The position numbers were made by a program, and so were the translations under genes. The notes under the pieces were generated by a model. That model saw nothing but the letters and a program-made list of their open reading frames with translations, made no database searches and was not told the origin of the DNA. A stretch of 64,000 bases of DNA from Eledone cirrhosa (lineage: Eukaryota). Positions within the stretch are counted from its first letter, which is position 1. Each line of letters starts with the position of its first letter. Where the stretch lies: the NCBI GenBank assembly GCA_964016885.1, contig OZ024740.1, forward strand, positions 199,702,001-199,766,000. Direction: 5' to 3'. Positions 25,113 through 37,010 of this stretch are shown in pieces.

Positions 25113-25584
25113 TGTGGCGACGTGGTTAGTCAGTGTAGTCACTACTTCTGATCAGATCCGAGAATAGCCCTTAGAAGGACTCTTATCGCATACGGTCTGA
25201 TCAGATCTGAAGATAGCCCTTAAAAGAACTATTGAGGATGGACAGACGAAAGCACAAGTTGAAAAGGACGAAGCAAGGCGAGATGTAAATTCGATCAGCT
25301 ATTTATTTTCACATGAAGCGACGATACGAGGTACAAGGCGTATGTGTGTGACAAAGCGTGGCAGAGGCGATGAACAGCGATACCCGAGTTGACTCTGCCA
25401 AATGTCGACTGCTGAAGTGTTTGGAACCACTCTATTTATACAGAAATAATCGTTTGATGTTTAGCCGCCGTGTAGGCGTTTATTCTGGTAGGTTTTAAGG
25501 GTTCTTTTGTTTCACGTTGAGGTAGCTAGCTAACAGGTAGATGGCGCTGTACATTTCACAGATGTTATTTCCGGTGTGTGTACA
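25113..25584 (-). repeat. 5' LTR of Gypsy element 1
   Basis: Direct repeat of 20231-20730, next to the PBS. Confidence 0.93.
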
Positions 25585-25606
25585 TATATATGCATACATA
25601 CATATT

Positions 25607-25660
<54 letters not shown>

Positions 25661-25663
<3 letters not shown>

Positions 25664-25922
25664 AAAGAGTTACATGGTTTGTTGATTATTATACAAGAAA
25701 GTTAATTTTATAACATATTTGAAGCACTCTACAAATTTTTTAGAGTATTATTAATTTTAACAATATTAAGTCTACGCTAAGGTATGTCAATATCTAAACA
25801 CCAAATATTTTATTTTATCTGATGAAAGCACACTAACATTTTTTTGTCCTTGAAATACGTATAATAAAATAAATACGGTATTATAAAGTTATTTTCCATT
25901 TATTAATATTGTTAAAATTAAT
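25661..25922 (+). mobile_element. Miniature PLE insertion: pLTR with HHR plus inverted tail
   Basis: HHR at 25809-25873; 25751-25769 is inverted at 25903-25921; sequence resembles the termini of element 34449-38487; (TA)n on both sides. Confidence 0.7.
25809..25873 (+). ncRNA. Type I hammerhead ribozyme motif
   Basis: TTTATTTTAT-CTGATGA-aagcaca...tgtcctt-GAAA-TACGTA-TA-ATAAAATAAA: 10-bp helix I, intact core, palindromic helix III. Confidence 0.85.
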
Positions 25923-26020
25923 ATATATATTTACATCGTCCTTCATCCTTACGTTTCCTGTCAAGTTTTAACTAAATACCGCACTAAATTTAATAAGCAC
26001 GTCTACGTTGACTCTCTTTG

Positions 26021-26090
<70 letters not shown>

Positions 26091-27060
26091 TATATATATA
26101 TATATTTGTGTGTGTATGTAATCAAAGAGAGTCAACGAAGACGTGCGCATTAAATTTCGTATTTTCTTTGTAATGCCGTGTCAGAATTTTGTCTTATTCT
26201 TTTGTGTATTTATTCTGTAACAATTTTCATATTAAATTGTTTTTAAATAGGCAAAATAATGCATGCGTTGGATTAGAAAAGTCACACGCATGTGTATAAT
26301 CGTTTCCATTATATCCTGTATATATATATATATATGTGTTCTTTAATTCCTCTAAAACCTCATTATATTCCTTCTGTACTCCCATTGTATGTTCTTCTCC
26401 AGCTTAGTTTTTTGTGTCCCTCTGTTCAAACTGTAATTTATATTATATTTCTCTTTCTTCATTCTCTTCTCTTCTGACGTAAACTTTAATACATGGATAT
26501 CCACCAATTTCTGTTTTTTTTTAGTTTTTCGTTTCTTGCTCTCTCTCCATTCGGTCATCTATTTACATATTCCTACATCCTTACGTTTCCTGTCAAGTTT
26601 TAACTAAATACCGGACTATAGAGGAACGTGTATGTCTTGTCCTTTCAGTCGTGTCCACCAGACAACCTCTTTCGCTATAGTCAGCAGACAGAAAAACAGA
26701 TTGTTTTTCCCGAGCAAAAGATGACAGAGCGACGTTCACGATGCAGACAGCCAATAGCCGGATCTTTTCCCCTCGTCTAACAGCACTTTCGTGTCGATAT
26801 ATTTTTTTCTCAATCCAGCAGCTCTTCCCGTTAGCACTGTCAGACCAGGGATTCGAAATACCAACAGAAAAAAATGTAGTTCAATCATACATTAGAAAAG
26901 GTGACATAGATTGGCAAATCAACCACTCTTGGGATAGGCCAATATAAATATACAGGGAGATGTAAGCAAAACAGATAAAAAAAATAAAAACATGTCTTCC
27001 AATTGACGTATCTATCCCCACAAACACCAATATGTACTTCAGGAAAATGGGAAAATTATC

Positions 27061-27099
<39 letters not shown>

Positions 27100-27331
27100 C
27101 GTTAGACATGATCCGAATGTGGATGATTAATACAGAAACAATTATTCTGGAAATGATTTTAAAAAAACACGAGGCCTGCAAATACGAATAACAGAGATGA
27201 TTTCGTTACTAGGCACTGCACACGTATTACGAAGAGTAATTCCATTGCAATAGGAATAACAATATCAAAGTAGCCATGTACGCATCCAAGGTACACAAAA
27301 CTGTGCTTTAATAAATATAGAAGTCCCAAAT

Positions 27332-27382
<51 letters not shown>

Positions 27383-28135
27383 TTTATGTGTGTACGTGTA
27401 TATATATATATGTGTGTGTGTGTGGTTGTGGGCGTGGGTGTGTGGGTGGGTGTGTGCATCTGAGTGTTGTGTGAGGAGATATAGGTATATCGAAATGAAA
27501 GACAAGAGGAAAGCAGGCCTAATTACAGCTGACTGTGTACAAAATATATTATACATATGTCAACACACATGTGTACATGAGTGAATCTTCTTAATATGTA
27601 CATAAAATTCCGTAATCCTCGTCCATGTATGAAAACCACTGGTAAATCTGATAGATTATAAGATCACTGCGGAATTAATTCTTTGGAATACGGTGATGAT
27701 CAGCAAAAAAATGGATAATATAAAGAAGGAAAACAAATTTCATCTCAGAAACAAGAAACATTGTAAATATTATCTTTATTAATAATGTTTGTTTTGATTG
27801 TTTAGTTAGAATGGCTGGTGTTACTGTTTTGTTACATTGTTGGGCTGTTGTCAATGATGGTGAATATGTAGGAGTATTTGCTGTTGTTGTAGTATGCCTT
27901 GTTGCTATTGTAGCTGCTCATATATTTTTATTTGTTGGTGGTTTATGGTGTTGTATATGTAGCTATTGCTGCTGTAACTGGTGACGTACATATATACACG
28001 CATATATACTTACATGTACATGTGTTTCATCATCGGATTAAAATGTTATGAAGTATTACAGGAGTTACAGCAGGACATGCGATATTTCTATAGACTAAAA
28101 CAAATGAATTATGTTCGGAGAGAGAGATGAAAAGA

Positions 28136-28190
<55 letters not shown>

Positions 28191-28248
28191 GGGGGGTCTA
28201 CATTTTAACAACTTGACAGAGACAGATTTATACTAGCTCACTGTTCAC

Positions 28249-28292
28249 CTGTACTGATGAAGGGTGATACCCAGAAACATTAGTCTCTGCTG
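28249..28292 (+). ncRNA. Hammerhead motif, copy 1 (decayed helix III)
   Basis: CTGTA-CTGATGA-aGGGTgatACCCa-GAAA-cattagtc-TC-TGCTG. Confidence 0.6.
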
Positions 28293-28653
28293 TTCTGTTT
28301 ACATGCCAACACAAAAGCAAGCATGAAGTGTTCATTCTACTGACATGGCTATAAAATTGAGGCTTGTTTGCAAACTCTCAAACGAATAGTATGTTATTAT
28401 TAATATTCGAAAAACTCAAATTACATTTATTTTCAACCATGTAGAGCGAACATTTTCTTTTTCATTTGAATTTTCAAAGCCGGCCATTTATCACTCGTAT
28501 ACAGGAAACCGACTGGCCAGTCTGCTGATATGCAAATCTGGCTGATCAGTGGATCTGCTAATATGCAGATCAGGCCTATCAGTCATTGTGTATTTTTTGC
28601 AAAAAAACATATATTTTCACTACCTCTGACAGTTTGGCAGGTGAACAGTGAGG

Positions 28654-28696
28654 TGTACTGATGAAGGGTGATACCCAGAAACATTAACGTCTGCAG
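28654..28696 (+). ncRNA. Hammerhead motif, copy 2
   Basis: TGTA-CTGATGA-aGGGTgatACCCa-GAAA-cattaacg-TC-TGCA; helix III is one mismatch from the palindrome CGTTAACG. Confidence 0.72.
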
Positions 28697-28842
28697 TTCT
28701 GTTCAGATGCCAACACAAAAGCATGAATGAAGTGTTCATTCTACTGACATGGTTATAACATTGAGGCTTGTTTGCATAATTGCAAACGATTCGAATGTTA
28801 GTATTACTATTCGAAAAAGTCAGATTACTTTTATATATATAC

Positions 28843-28903
<61 letters not shown>

Positions 28904-29220
28904 TAGATAGATATAGATATATAGATATATAAACTTAGGAAAATCACCAGACAGATGAGAAGACAACGAACGAAACCAAGACAAATCGAAAAACTTAATT
29001 TTTTTATTTCTGCAAACACTATGCCCATTTCGGTGGCCAGGTTACGTAAGTAGCCGGTGACCTCATCAAGTGTAAATTGCGTAATAGATGTTGTATACCA
29101 ACAGAATGATGGTAACATTTAAGGAAACAAGCAAAGAAAAGACAGAGGAAAATGTTTGTGTTTAAGTTTTAACCCATAGACGGACGAAGTAGCATACTGT
29201 TGTTCCCATGTCTCTCTCTT

Positions 29221-29312
<92 letters not shown>

Positions 29313-29531
29313 GTATAACTGAGAAAACACAGGTAAGCATTAGGAGAAGGATACCTGGATAAAATCCTTCTCCTAATGTATACCTGTATTTTCTCTTTTA
29401 AACTTTATACTCCAAGATTGAACGAAATTCTCACAAACTTGTGGAGTTACCCCTAACTCTATGTTGAAACCATTCATGAAACTGGCTTTCTTAACCAAGA
29501 ACTGGATCACAATAAGCAATTTTTTGCTTCT

Positions 29532-29577
<46 letters not shown>

Positions 29578-29634
29578 TATATACATATCTCTCCCTCTCT
29601 CTCTATATATATATATGTATATACATATATATAT

Positions 29635-29798
29635 CGCCGCATGTTTGACTGAAGAAATTTTAGCCTGATACTGGGGTTTAAACTATTCTAGAAAAAGGAA
29701 AAGGATGAGTATTGATGTCAGTCCTCATCCTTTTCCATTTTTAGAGGATTTTAAATCCCACTATCACGCTAAAATTCTTTTAGTAAACAAAACGGCGA
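29635..29798. repeat. Imperfect ~164-bp palindrome (fold-back or palindromic MITE)
   Basis: Arms of about 80 bp, TCGCCG...GGAAAAGGATGAG..TGA and TCA..CTCATCCTTTTCC...CGGCGA, with almost no loop. Confidence 0.75.
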
Positions 29799-29954
29799 AA
29801 GCTTCTATCTCTAGACCAGAATGCCTTCTTAAGCGTGTGGTGAGATATGACGCGTAAAACAGACTTTGAAGCTGTGCTACAAGACTACAAATCACGGCTT
29901 AAGTGTATTGTGAACAACTCAATCGAGTGAATCAGAAAATTAAAGAAAATGGTA

Positions 29955-30230
29955 CAATCTCATCAATCGAAAGTGTCCTATCACATAGGTCCACATAGTA
30001 CAAGAATTACGCACTCGAAGATTGAGGAACTTGGATTGAAAAGGCTTTCACACACTCCATATTCTCCCGAAATTGCTCCTTTAGATCATAATTTATTCGG
30101 ACCTTTGCAAAATATTATTGATGGAAAAGTTGACAATTCCTTAGAGACTTTTTAAATGGACTTTGGCGACCTTTTCTCCTCAAGTCCGTATGATATATAG
30201 GAATGGCATGAGTAACATTTTTACACCGTA
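29955..30230 (+). pseudogene. Mariner transposase C-terminal fragment
   Basis: KIEELGLKRLSHTPYSPEIAPLDHNLFGPLQNIIDGK is a decayed LPHPPYSPDLAPSDYHLF motif. Confidence 0.8.
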
Positions 30231-30233
30231 GAG

Positions 30234-30421
30234 ATAATTGTTTCTACATTTGGCACAAGGCCAGCAATTACTCCACTGTATTACTGGTACTTTATTTTAT
30301 CGACCCCGTATGGATGAAAGGCAAAGTTAACCTCGGCGGGATTTGAACTCAATCCGTAAAGGGACGTAACTATGCTGGAAAGCATGGCGTCCGATCCTCT
30401 ACCGATACTGCCAATCCAATA
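30234..30421 (-). mobile_element. tRNA-derived SINE
   Basis: Minus strand A box TGGCAGTATCGG, B box GAGTTCAAATCC, conserved body GCCTTTCATCC..GGGGTCGATAAAAT..GTACCAG; several homologous copies in the window. Confidence 0.8.
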
Positions 30422-30570
30422 ATGGTATCGATTTAGATGGGGAAAATATACTTAATTAAATTAGTACGTAACATGTGTTTTTTATCTCATGAAAGCGTAC
30501 TACCCAGAATGACATTACTTATGGGATGGGATGACTTGTTTTATATATGTATACACACATATATATATAT

Positions 30571-30602
<32 letters not shown>

Positions 30603-30620
30603 GATATGTATATATATATA

Positions 30621-30685
<65 letters not shown>

Positions 30686-31069
30686 TCGGAGAGATAGGGA
30701 GGGAGAGACAGAGAGCTGGAGAGAAGAACGGAGAGAGAGAAGGGAGAGTGCATGGGAAACCCCAAAAAGAATAAATGGTTATAAAAAGGAAAACTCTAGA
30801 TAACTTTTGACGTTAATATAACAAATGACTATATATGTACTTGTATAAGCAAAGAATTCGACAATCAAAAATGAAACATGCACAAACACACACACACACA
30901 CACACACATACACATACACACACATACACATTATTCATATATGAGCAACATACCTAGAGGAGCAAACAGTACGTTCAATTTTTTAACTGTCACAGTGAGA
31001 TATTCTCGGAAACATCGAAGTGACTGTCGCATTTTACTTCAGAAACGTTATGTATATATACATATATCT

Positions 31070-31414
31070 ACATGTGTGTGTGTGTGTGTGCGTGGGTGTG
31101 TGTGTGGGTGGGTGGGTGTGTGGGTGTGTGGGTTTGTGGGTGTATGTGTGGGTGTGTGGGTGTGTATGTCTGTGTGCGTGTGTATGTATGTGTGTGTGTG
31201 TGCGTGTGTGTATGTGTGTGTGTGTTTGTGTGTGTATGTGTGTGTATGTGTGTATGTGTGTATGGATGTCTGTGTGTGGATGTGTGTGTGTGTATGTGTG
31301 TGTGCGTCTGTGTTTGTGTATGTGTGTGTCTGTGTGTTTGTATAGGTGGGTGTGTGTGTGTGTAGGTGTGTGTGTATGTGTGTGTGTGTGTATGTGTGTG
31401 TGTGTATGTGTATG

Positions 31415-31455
<41 letters not shown>

Positions 31456-31490
31456 GTGTGTGTGTATGTATGTGTGTGTGTGTGTATGTA
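31070..31490. repeat. Long degenerate (TG)n microsatellite
   Basis: About 420 bp of TG/TATG/TGGG repeats; source of spurious Cys-Val and His-Thr ORFs. Confidence 0.95.
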
Positions 31491-31726
31491 TGCCCCAAAA
31501 TTCAACAATAAATATAGCAGAACTAATTTATTATGAATCGTACGTATGAAAATCGTTTCGCAACTTTCTTTATCAGTGCAATCACATAGACGAACAAAGG
31601 CACGCGCCGACACGCACGCACTCACATACGCAAACACACAAACACACGCACACACACACACACATACACACAGACGCACATACACACAGATATATAGATA
31701 TTTACATATGTAATATATATATATAT

Positions 31727-32022
31727 ATTGTTATGCTTTGGGAGGGTCATGTCGCGCAATAAGAAACACACGCCCCCGCTGCTTCACTCTAATTTATTAT
31801 AAATTAAATTCATAAATTTAAGAATTTATAAATTTCCGGTTGGTTAGTTGGTTGGTTCCAGAACCGGACGGTTGTTCATATATTGTCAAAGTTCTTTTAT
31901 CACACATTCTGTGACCTCTTCAATGTCATTGGGGATTCTTTTCTTTGTTTTTTGTGCATAACAACATCGGTTTCAACACACGTTTTCATATAAAGAATCT
32001 TGATAAAAAAATTCAGAAACGA
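31727..32022 (-). mobile_element. Internally deleted copy of the 13741-14652 PLE family (both termini retained)
   Basis: 31727-31955 matches 13741-13978; 31959-32022 matches 14589-14652; TA repeats on both sides. Confidence 0.8.
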
Positions 32023-32355
32023 CATATATATATATTTATTTATTTAATTATTCATCTACATATGATTTCAAACATGTTATGTTGAAAACAGAGTCATGTT
32101 GAAGTGTGACGTTTCTTCTTAAAAGAGAAGCTGAACAACAAAGAGAATATGTAATCTGTTCTCATAACATATTTTTTCCTCTTTTCATTGTATTTAATTC
32201 CCATCCTATTTATATGTATCCATATTGGAAAGTGTCAATGGTTTACAAGCTGGTGAAGCATAAATCACCGCACCAACAGCAGTTGATTAATACGTTTAAT
32301 TCACATGCATACGCACTTAGATATATATATGTATATATGTATATATATATGTATA

Positions 32356-32409
<54 letters not shown>

Positions 32410-32412
<3 letters not shown>

Positions 32413-34392
32413 GAAACAAATATATATGTATTAAAGAAACAAATTCTAGAAGATCTTACAGTAGATAATTAATCATGATCATTCCAATAACTTTAATAAA
32501 AGACCTAGATACAAAAACATAATCTGGTATAATGCTCCTTTCTCCATCTCTATTAATAATAATATTCCTAAATTATTCTTTAGTGCCTTAAATAAATGCT
32601 TCCCTCCCTCACATATCTATAGTAAAATATTTAACAAACACACTATAACATTTTCCTATTCGACATCCTCCAACATTTCCAACATTATCTCTAAACACAA
32701 CAATAAAATACTGAATACTAAATCTCTTCCTTCCAACACTGAATATCATAATAATAGTAATAGTACTCCCGACGTCATTGTAAACTCTAGGCTAATTTCT
32801 GCAAACCCAAATACAACGTCAAACACAACTTCGCTAAATGTTCTTAATCCCATTCTAAATCAAGAAACTATTATTCCTATCGCAAATAACTTCTCCAATC
32901 CAATTCCTTCTATAGATAACACTAGGTCACTCGTTAATAATCTCTCTAATCGCAATTGCAATTGCCCTGCTAAAAATCAATGTCCTTTCAACAACCATTG
33001 TCTTGATAAAACCTAATCTACGAATGTAAAGTTATAACTGACACCAATTCCTTCACCTATTTTGGCTCCACTTCCAACTTCTTTAAAGCTCGTCTTTATA
33101 ATCATCATTCGTCTTTTAAATACCAACTTAAAAGAACCAACACGGCTCTCTCAGAACTCATATGGTCCTTCAAAGACAAAAATATTAAATATAACATGTC
33201 TTGGAAAAAGGTTTCTTCTGCTTCTCATACTTGAACAGTTCTCTATCCAAGACTTGCAATCTCTGTCTAAATGAAACATTTACCATTATATCTAATTTAG
33301 ATTCTATAATAAATAGACGCACTGACTTGTTTTCTCTCTGCTTGCATAAATTCCACAGAAAATTTCATAAAGTATACAGCTAATATCCTAAACTTTATCA
33401 ATTCAGAATCCTTTTCTCAAAGGCACACACATATATATATACTTCTTTAAAAATATACCCATCTTTCTACCTTATTTCAAAGTTACTTATTATACATTAT
33501 ATAATACTTGTTACTCATTCTATATCACTCCTATTTATCACTTCCATTTCTTCCTTTTCCTTTTCTTTTCTTTTTATTATAATTTCTAACCCCTAATCTG
33601 TACCTTTTCTCACTGTGCCTAACATAGAAACAATTATTACACGATACAATATATTCTTACTTTATATCACCTTGAAAAAATCCTTCGTAAACATAAACAT
33701 TTTTTGACGTTAGATTATTCATCCTCTATTCGTTATTTTTTTCTCACAATATATCCTTACTTACATTAATTTTTTTTTTTTTAATAATACATATCAACAT
33801 TTTCTTTACCCTTAAATATTATTCTTAATACATATTAACATTTTCTTTCCATCGCACATTTTATTAAACCCTTAAATATTATTCTTAATACATATTAACA
33901 ATTTCTTTTCATCGCACATATTATGAAGCCCTTCAATATACAAACCTTAACTTTACATTATTTTTCTCTTCGTTAATTTTCAAATTCTTTTAATTTATAC
34001 ATTATCTTCCAACCATTTTTCAACCTCTCTATGTAAAACAATACATTTTTCTCAGTTATAAAAGCTATCTCTCTCTCTCTATCATCCATCTCTCCTCCTA
34101 TCTCATCCTTCCTCATTATACTCCTCCCCCTCCACTTTTTACTCTCATCTCCTCCTCTTTTTCACCCTCCCCCCTCAAACATTTTTTCCCCCCAATATCA
34201 CACATCAATCTAAAACTACTTTTCATATGTTGATTTAAAACTGCACTAGCCACAAGGTTTTTAACCTTCATATCATGTCTTCCTATTTTATCTGATGAAA
34301 ACACAAATGTTATTGCATGACGATATTTGTTTTTGAAAAGCGCATAATAAAATACATGGAACTCTTTTAACCATCTTTTGATCTTATATATT
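32410..34392 (+). mobile_element. PLE (Hydra-type) 3' fragment: thumb/linker, GIY-YIG, 3' UTR and HHR
   Basis: IWYNAPFS..LNKCFP..KIFNKHTI..SYST; CNCPAKNQCP..CL..LIYECKV; TCNLCLNE..INRRTDLFSLCLHK; HHR at 34284-34354; (TA)n on both sides. Confidence 0.88.
34284..34354 (+). ncRNA. Type I hammerhead ribozyme motif
   Basis: TATTTTAT-CTGATGA-aaacacaaat...atttgttttt-GAAA-AGCGCA-TA-ATAAAATA. Confidence 0.82.
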
Positions 34393-34394
34393 AT

Positions 34395-34451
<57 letters not shown>

Positions 34452-34578
34452 AAAGTTTTATTTAAAATTGTTGGGTTACAACGAGTAAATATTTTATAAC
34501 TGATATAAAAGCACTCAACAGGTTTTGGAGTATTTTACGATATTAAACAAATGGAAACTACATTTAAAAAACCATATT

Positions 34579-34644
34579 TATTTCATTACATATATTTCAG
34601 GGATATCATATTAAAAATATGGTATGCCCTCTTCAGACAAAATA
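34579..34644 (-). ncRNA. Hammerhead motif in the inverted pLTR copy
   Basis: Reverse-complement copy of 38379-38444 with the core intact (helix III TATATG). Confidence 0.78.
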
Positions 34645-35304
34645 CAATATATAAACAGTTTTATAAATAAATTTGACATACCTTAAAAATTTTACAACTT
34701 CCATTTAAAAAGTTGTTATGGTAGTGAAAATGTTAAGGACAGTTAGAAAGAAAGTCGGAGAAAAAAAGAAAAAAAGAAAAAGAAGGAAAAAAAGAAGGAA
34801 AAAAGAAAAAGAAAGAGCGGAAGGTGAAGAAGATGAAGAAATGTATGTAAAGAGAAAAATACCAAATGAGAGATTTATGAGGGAAGGGGGTACTGTAATT
34901 ATTTATTTATTTATTTATTTAGTGTTAAGGATACGGGGAGAAATAAAAATAAAATAAATAAGGAGAGGTAGATCGAGTAATGTATATTATACGAGGTGGG
35001 AGAGATAGGGGAGGGGTGAGATACAGGAGATAGAGTTAAAACAGCCGATACATAAGTCCCGTCAAGTGTAGAGGGAGGAGGAGAGGAGATATACTTAGAA
35101 ATAAAAATGATAGTTTTAAAATATTATGTTTCATCAGTCTATCAATTCCTATGAATTATAATGTAAATATCAATATTCATGAATGAGACACATATCAATA
35201 ATGTGTGAAAAAATAATGACTATATGTTTAGTTTAAAAATTCTTAGGTTTACAATCAAAATCTGAGATAAAACTTCAAAAATTGAGAACAAAACACAACC
35301 TTTC

Positions 35305-37010
35305 TTGCCCAGGAAACCCAAGATCAATATGAAAGATCACAAAAGAAATTTTGAAAACGACTTGCCAGTCAGATTGATTGCACCATCAAAATCTGACCTG
35401 GGTAAACTTAGCAAAAACATTCTAGACAGGGTGATACAGAAAATTAACAACTTGAATTGTTTACCTAACTTAAGCTTGTGGAAGGGAACTGGAGAGGTTA
35501 TTGAGTGGTTTAAAGAAATTAAATATAACAATAATAATAAATTTATTCAACTAGATATTGCTAACTACTATTCATCTATTACCCCTAACCTACTAAATAA
35601 GGCACTAAATTATGCATTCAAACATACATACCTAACTAGCAATGAAATGCACATTATACTATCGGCAAGGAAAACATTGATAGAATTTAATAACCAACTA
35701 TGGACTAGGGCAGATAGAGATAGCAATTTTGACATTACTATGGGATCATCTGACTCAGCTCAGGTAACAGACCTTGTGGGCCTATTTATAATTAATTCGC
35801 TGCATAGGAAAATACCCGGTGCTACCGGAGGATTATATCGAGATGACATGCTTTTACTTATTGAAAATAATAACTCTGAACTAAATAGAAAAAGAAAACA
35901 AATTATACAATTTTTTAATTACCTTAATCTAAAAATAGAAATTGAGAATAACCATAGAATAGTCAATTTCCTAGATGTAACATTAAATCTCAACACATAT
36001 CTTCACTATCCATTTTACAAGTTAAATGAAAACTTGAATTATGTCAATTTTAACTCCAACCACCCCAGATCTGTTAAAAATACTATAGTGAACTCTGTTC
36101 AAAAACGTATCTCTAGAATCTCATCTAATAAAAATATTTTCGACCAAAAAGCCCAGTATTACAATGAAGCGTTAGCTAGAGCAGGATATAGTGATAAAAT
36201 TATGTACATCGATAATAATAGACAAACTAACCAAAATAACAACAATTTTAATTACGGTAACAACTTTAACAACTATAATAGAAAGAATTACAATAATTCC
36301 AAAAACCAGAAAAGAAATAGAACTAGAAACATAATTTGGTTTGCCCCCCCCCCCCTTTCTCACTAAACATTAAAACCCACATCGCTAAACTATTGTTTAA
36401 TGCTCTTGACAAACGATTCCCTAGAACACATAAGTATCACTCAATTTTCAATAGACATACTATAAAATTAACTTACTCGTCCACCAAAAATTTAGCACAA
36501 AATATTAATAGAATAAATAATAGGAATCTAAAACCTAGCCAAAATACCGATAATAGCATAAACAATATTCAAGTAAACAACTGTAACTGTAGAGATAGAT
36601 CTAAATGCCCGTTAAATAACAATTGCTTAGTTAAAAATATAATATACAACTGTAATGTTAAAACTGACTTAAATTCTTTTAATTATGTTGGTTCCACCTC
36701 GACAGAATTTAAACTTCGCTATAATAATCACAAGAATTTTTTCACAGATCCAAATAAAAATTCTTCAACATCACTATCAGACTTACTCTGGCAACTTAAA
36801 CATGATAACGTTGGATATTCGATGGTTTGGAATATAGTCTCAAGAGGGATTCCTTTTAATTCCTCCTCTGAGACATGTGACCTCTGCGCGGAGGAGATAT
36901 TCTTTATACTAAAATCTAAAAATTCCCTTAATTTACGGACCAATTTATTCAGTTGCTGCAGACATAGATTGAACTCAACTTTTAAATATAAATATAAATT
37001 TAAAATGTAG
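35305..37010 (+). CDS. PLE RT + GIY-YIG endonuclease (5'-truncated; single frameshift in the poly-C run at about 36344-36355)
   Basis: MKDHKRNF..VRLIAPSKSDLG; IQLDIANYYSSI; FDITMGSSDSAQV; GGLYRDDMLL; NFLDVTLNL; CNCRDRSKCP..CL..NIIYNC..YVGSTSTEFKLRYNNH; CDLCAEE; CCRH. Confidence 0.9.

Larger units (their letters stand above)
20231..25584 (-). mobile_element. Gypsy LTR retrotransposon (CsRn1/Kabuki-like), two LTRs, gag mostly deleted
   Basis: TG...CA LTRs at 20231-20730 and 25113-25584; 4-bp TATA flanks; tRNA-Trp-like PBS; PPT GGCAGGGGGC at about 20734-20743; domain order PR-RT-RH-IN. Confidence 0.95.
28249..28832 (+). mobile_element. Non-coding element with two ~180-bp direct repeats, each starting with an HHR
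   Basis: 28250-28428 is repeated at 28654-28832; the HHR cores are 404 bp apart; ends at (TA)n. Confidence 0.7.

Noticed and set aside
30340-30421. tRNA gene
   Set aside because: A and B boxes are present but there is no clear cloverleaf, and it is fused to a repeated SINE body.
30531-31685. Long ORFs rich in YI, CV, HT or ER dipeptides (also at 14.5k, 19.8k, 27.2k, 38.4-39.2k, 48.2k, 60.9k)
   Set aside because: They are translations of (TA)n, (TG)n and (GA)n microsatellites, which lack stop codons.
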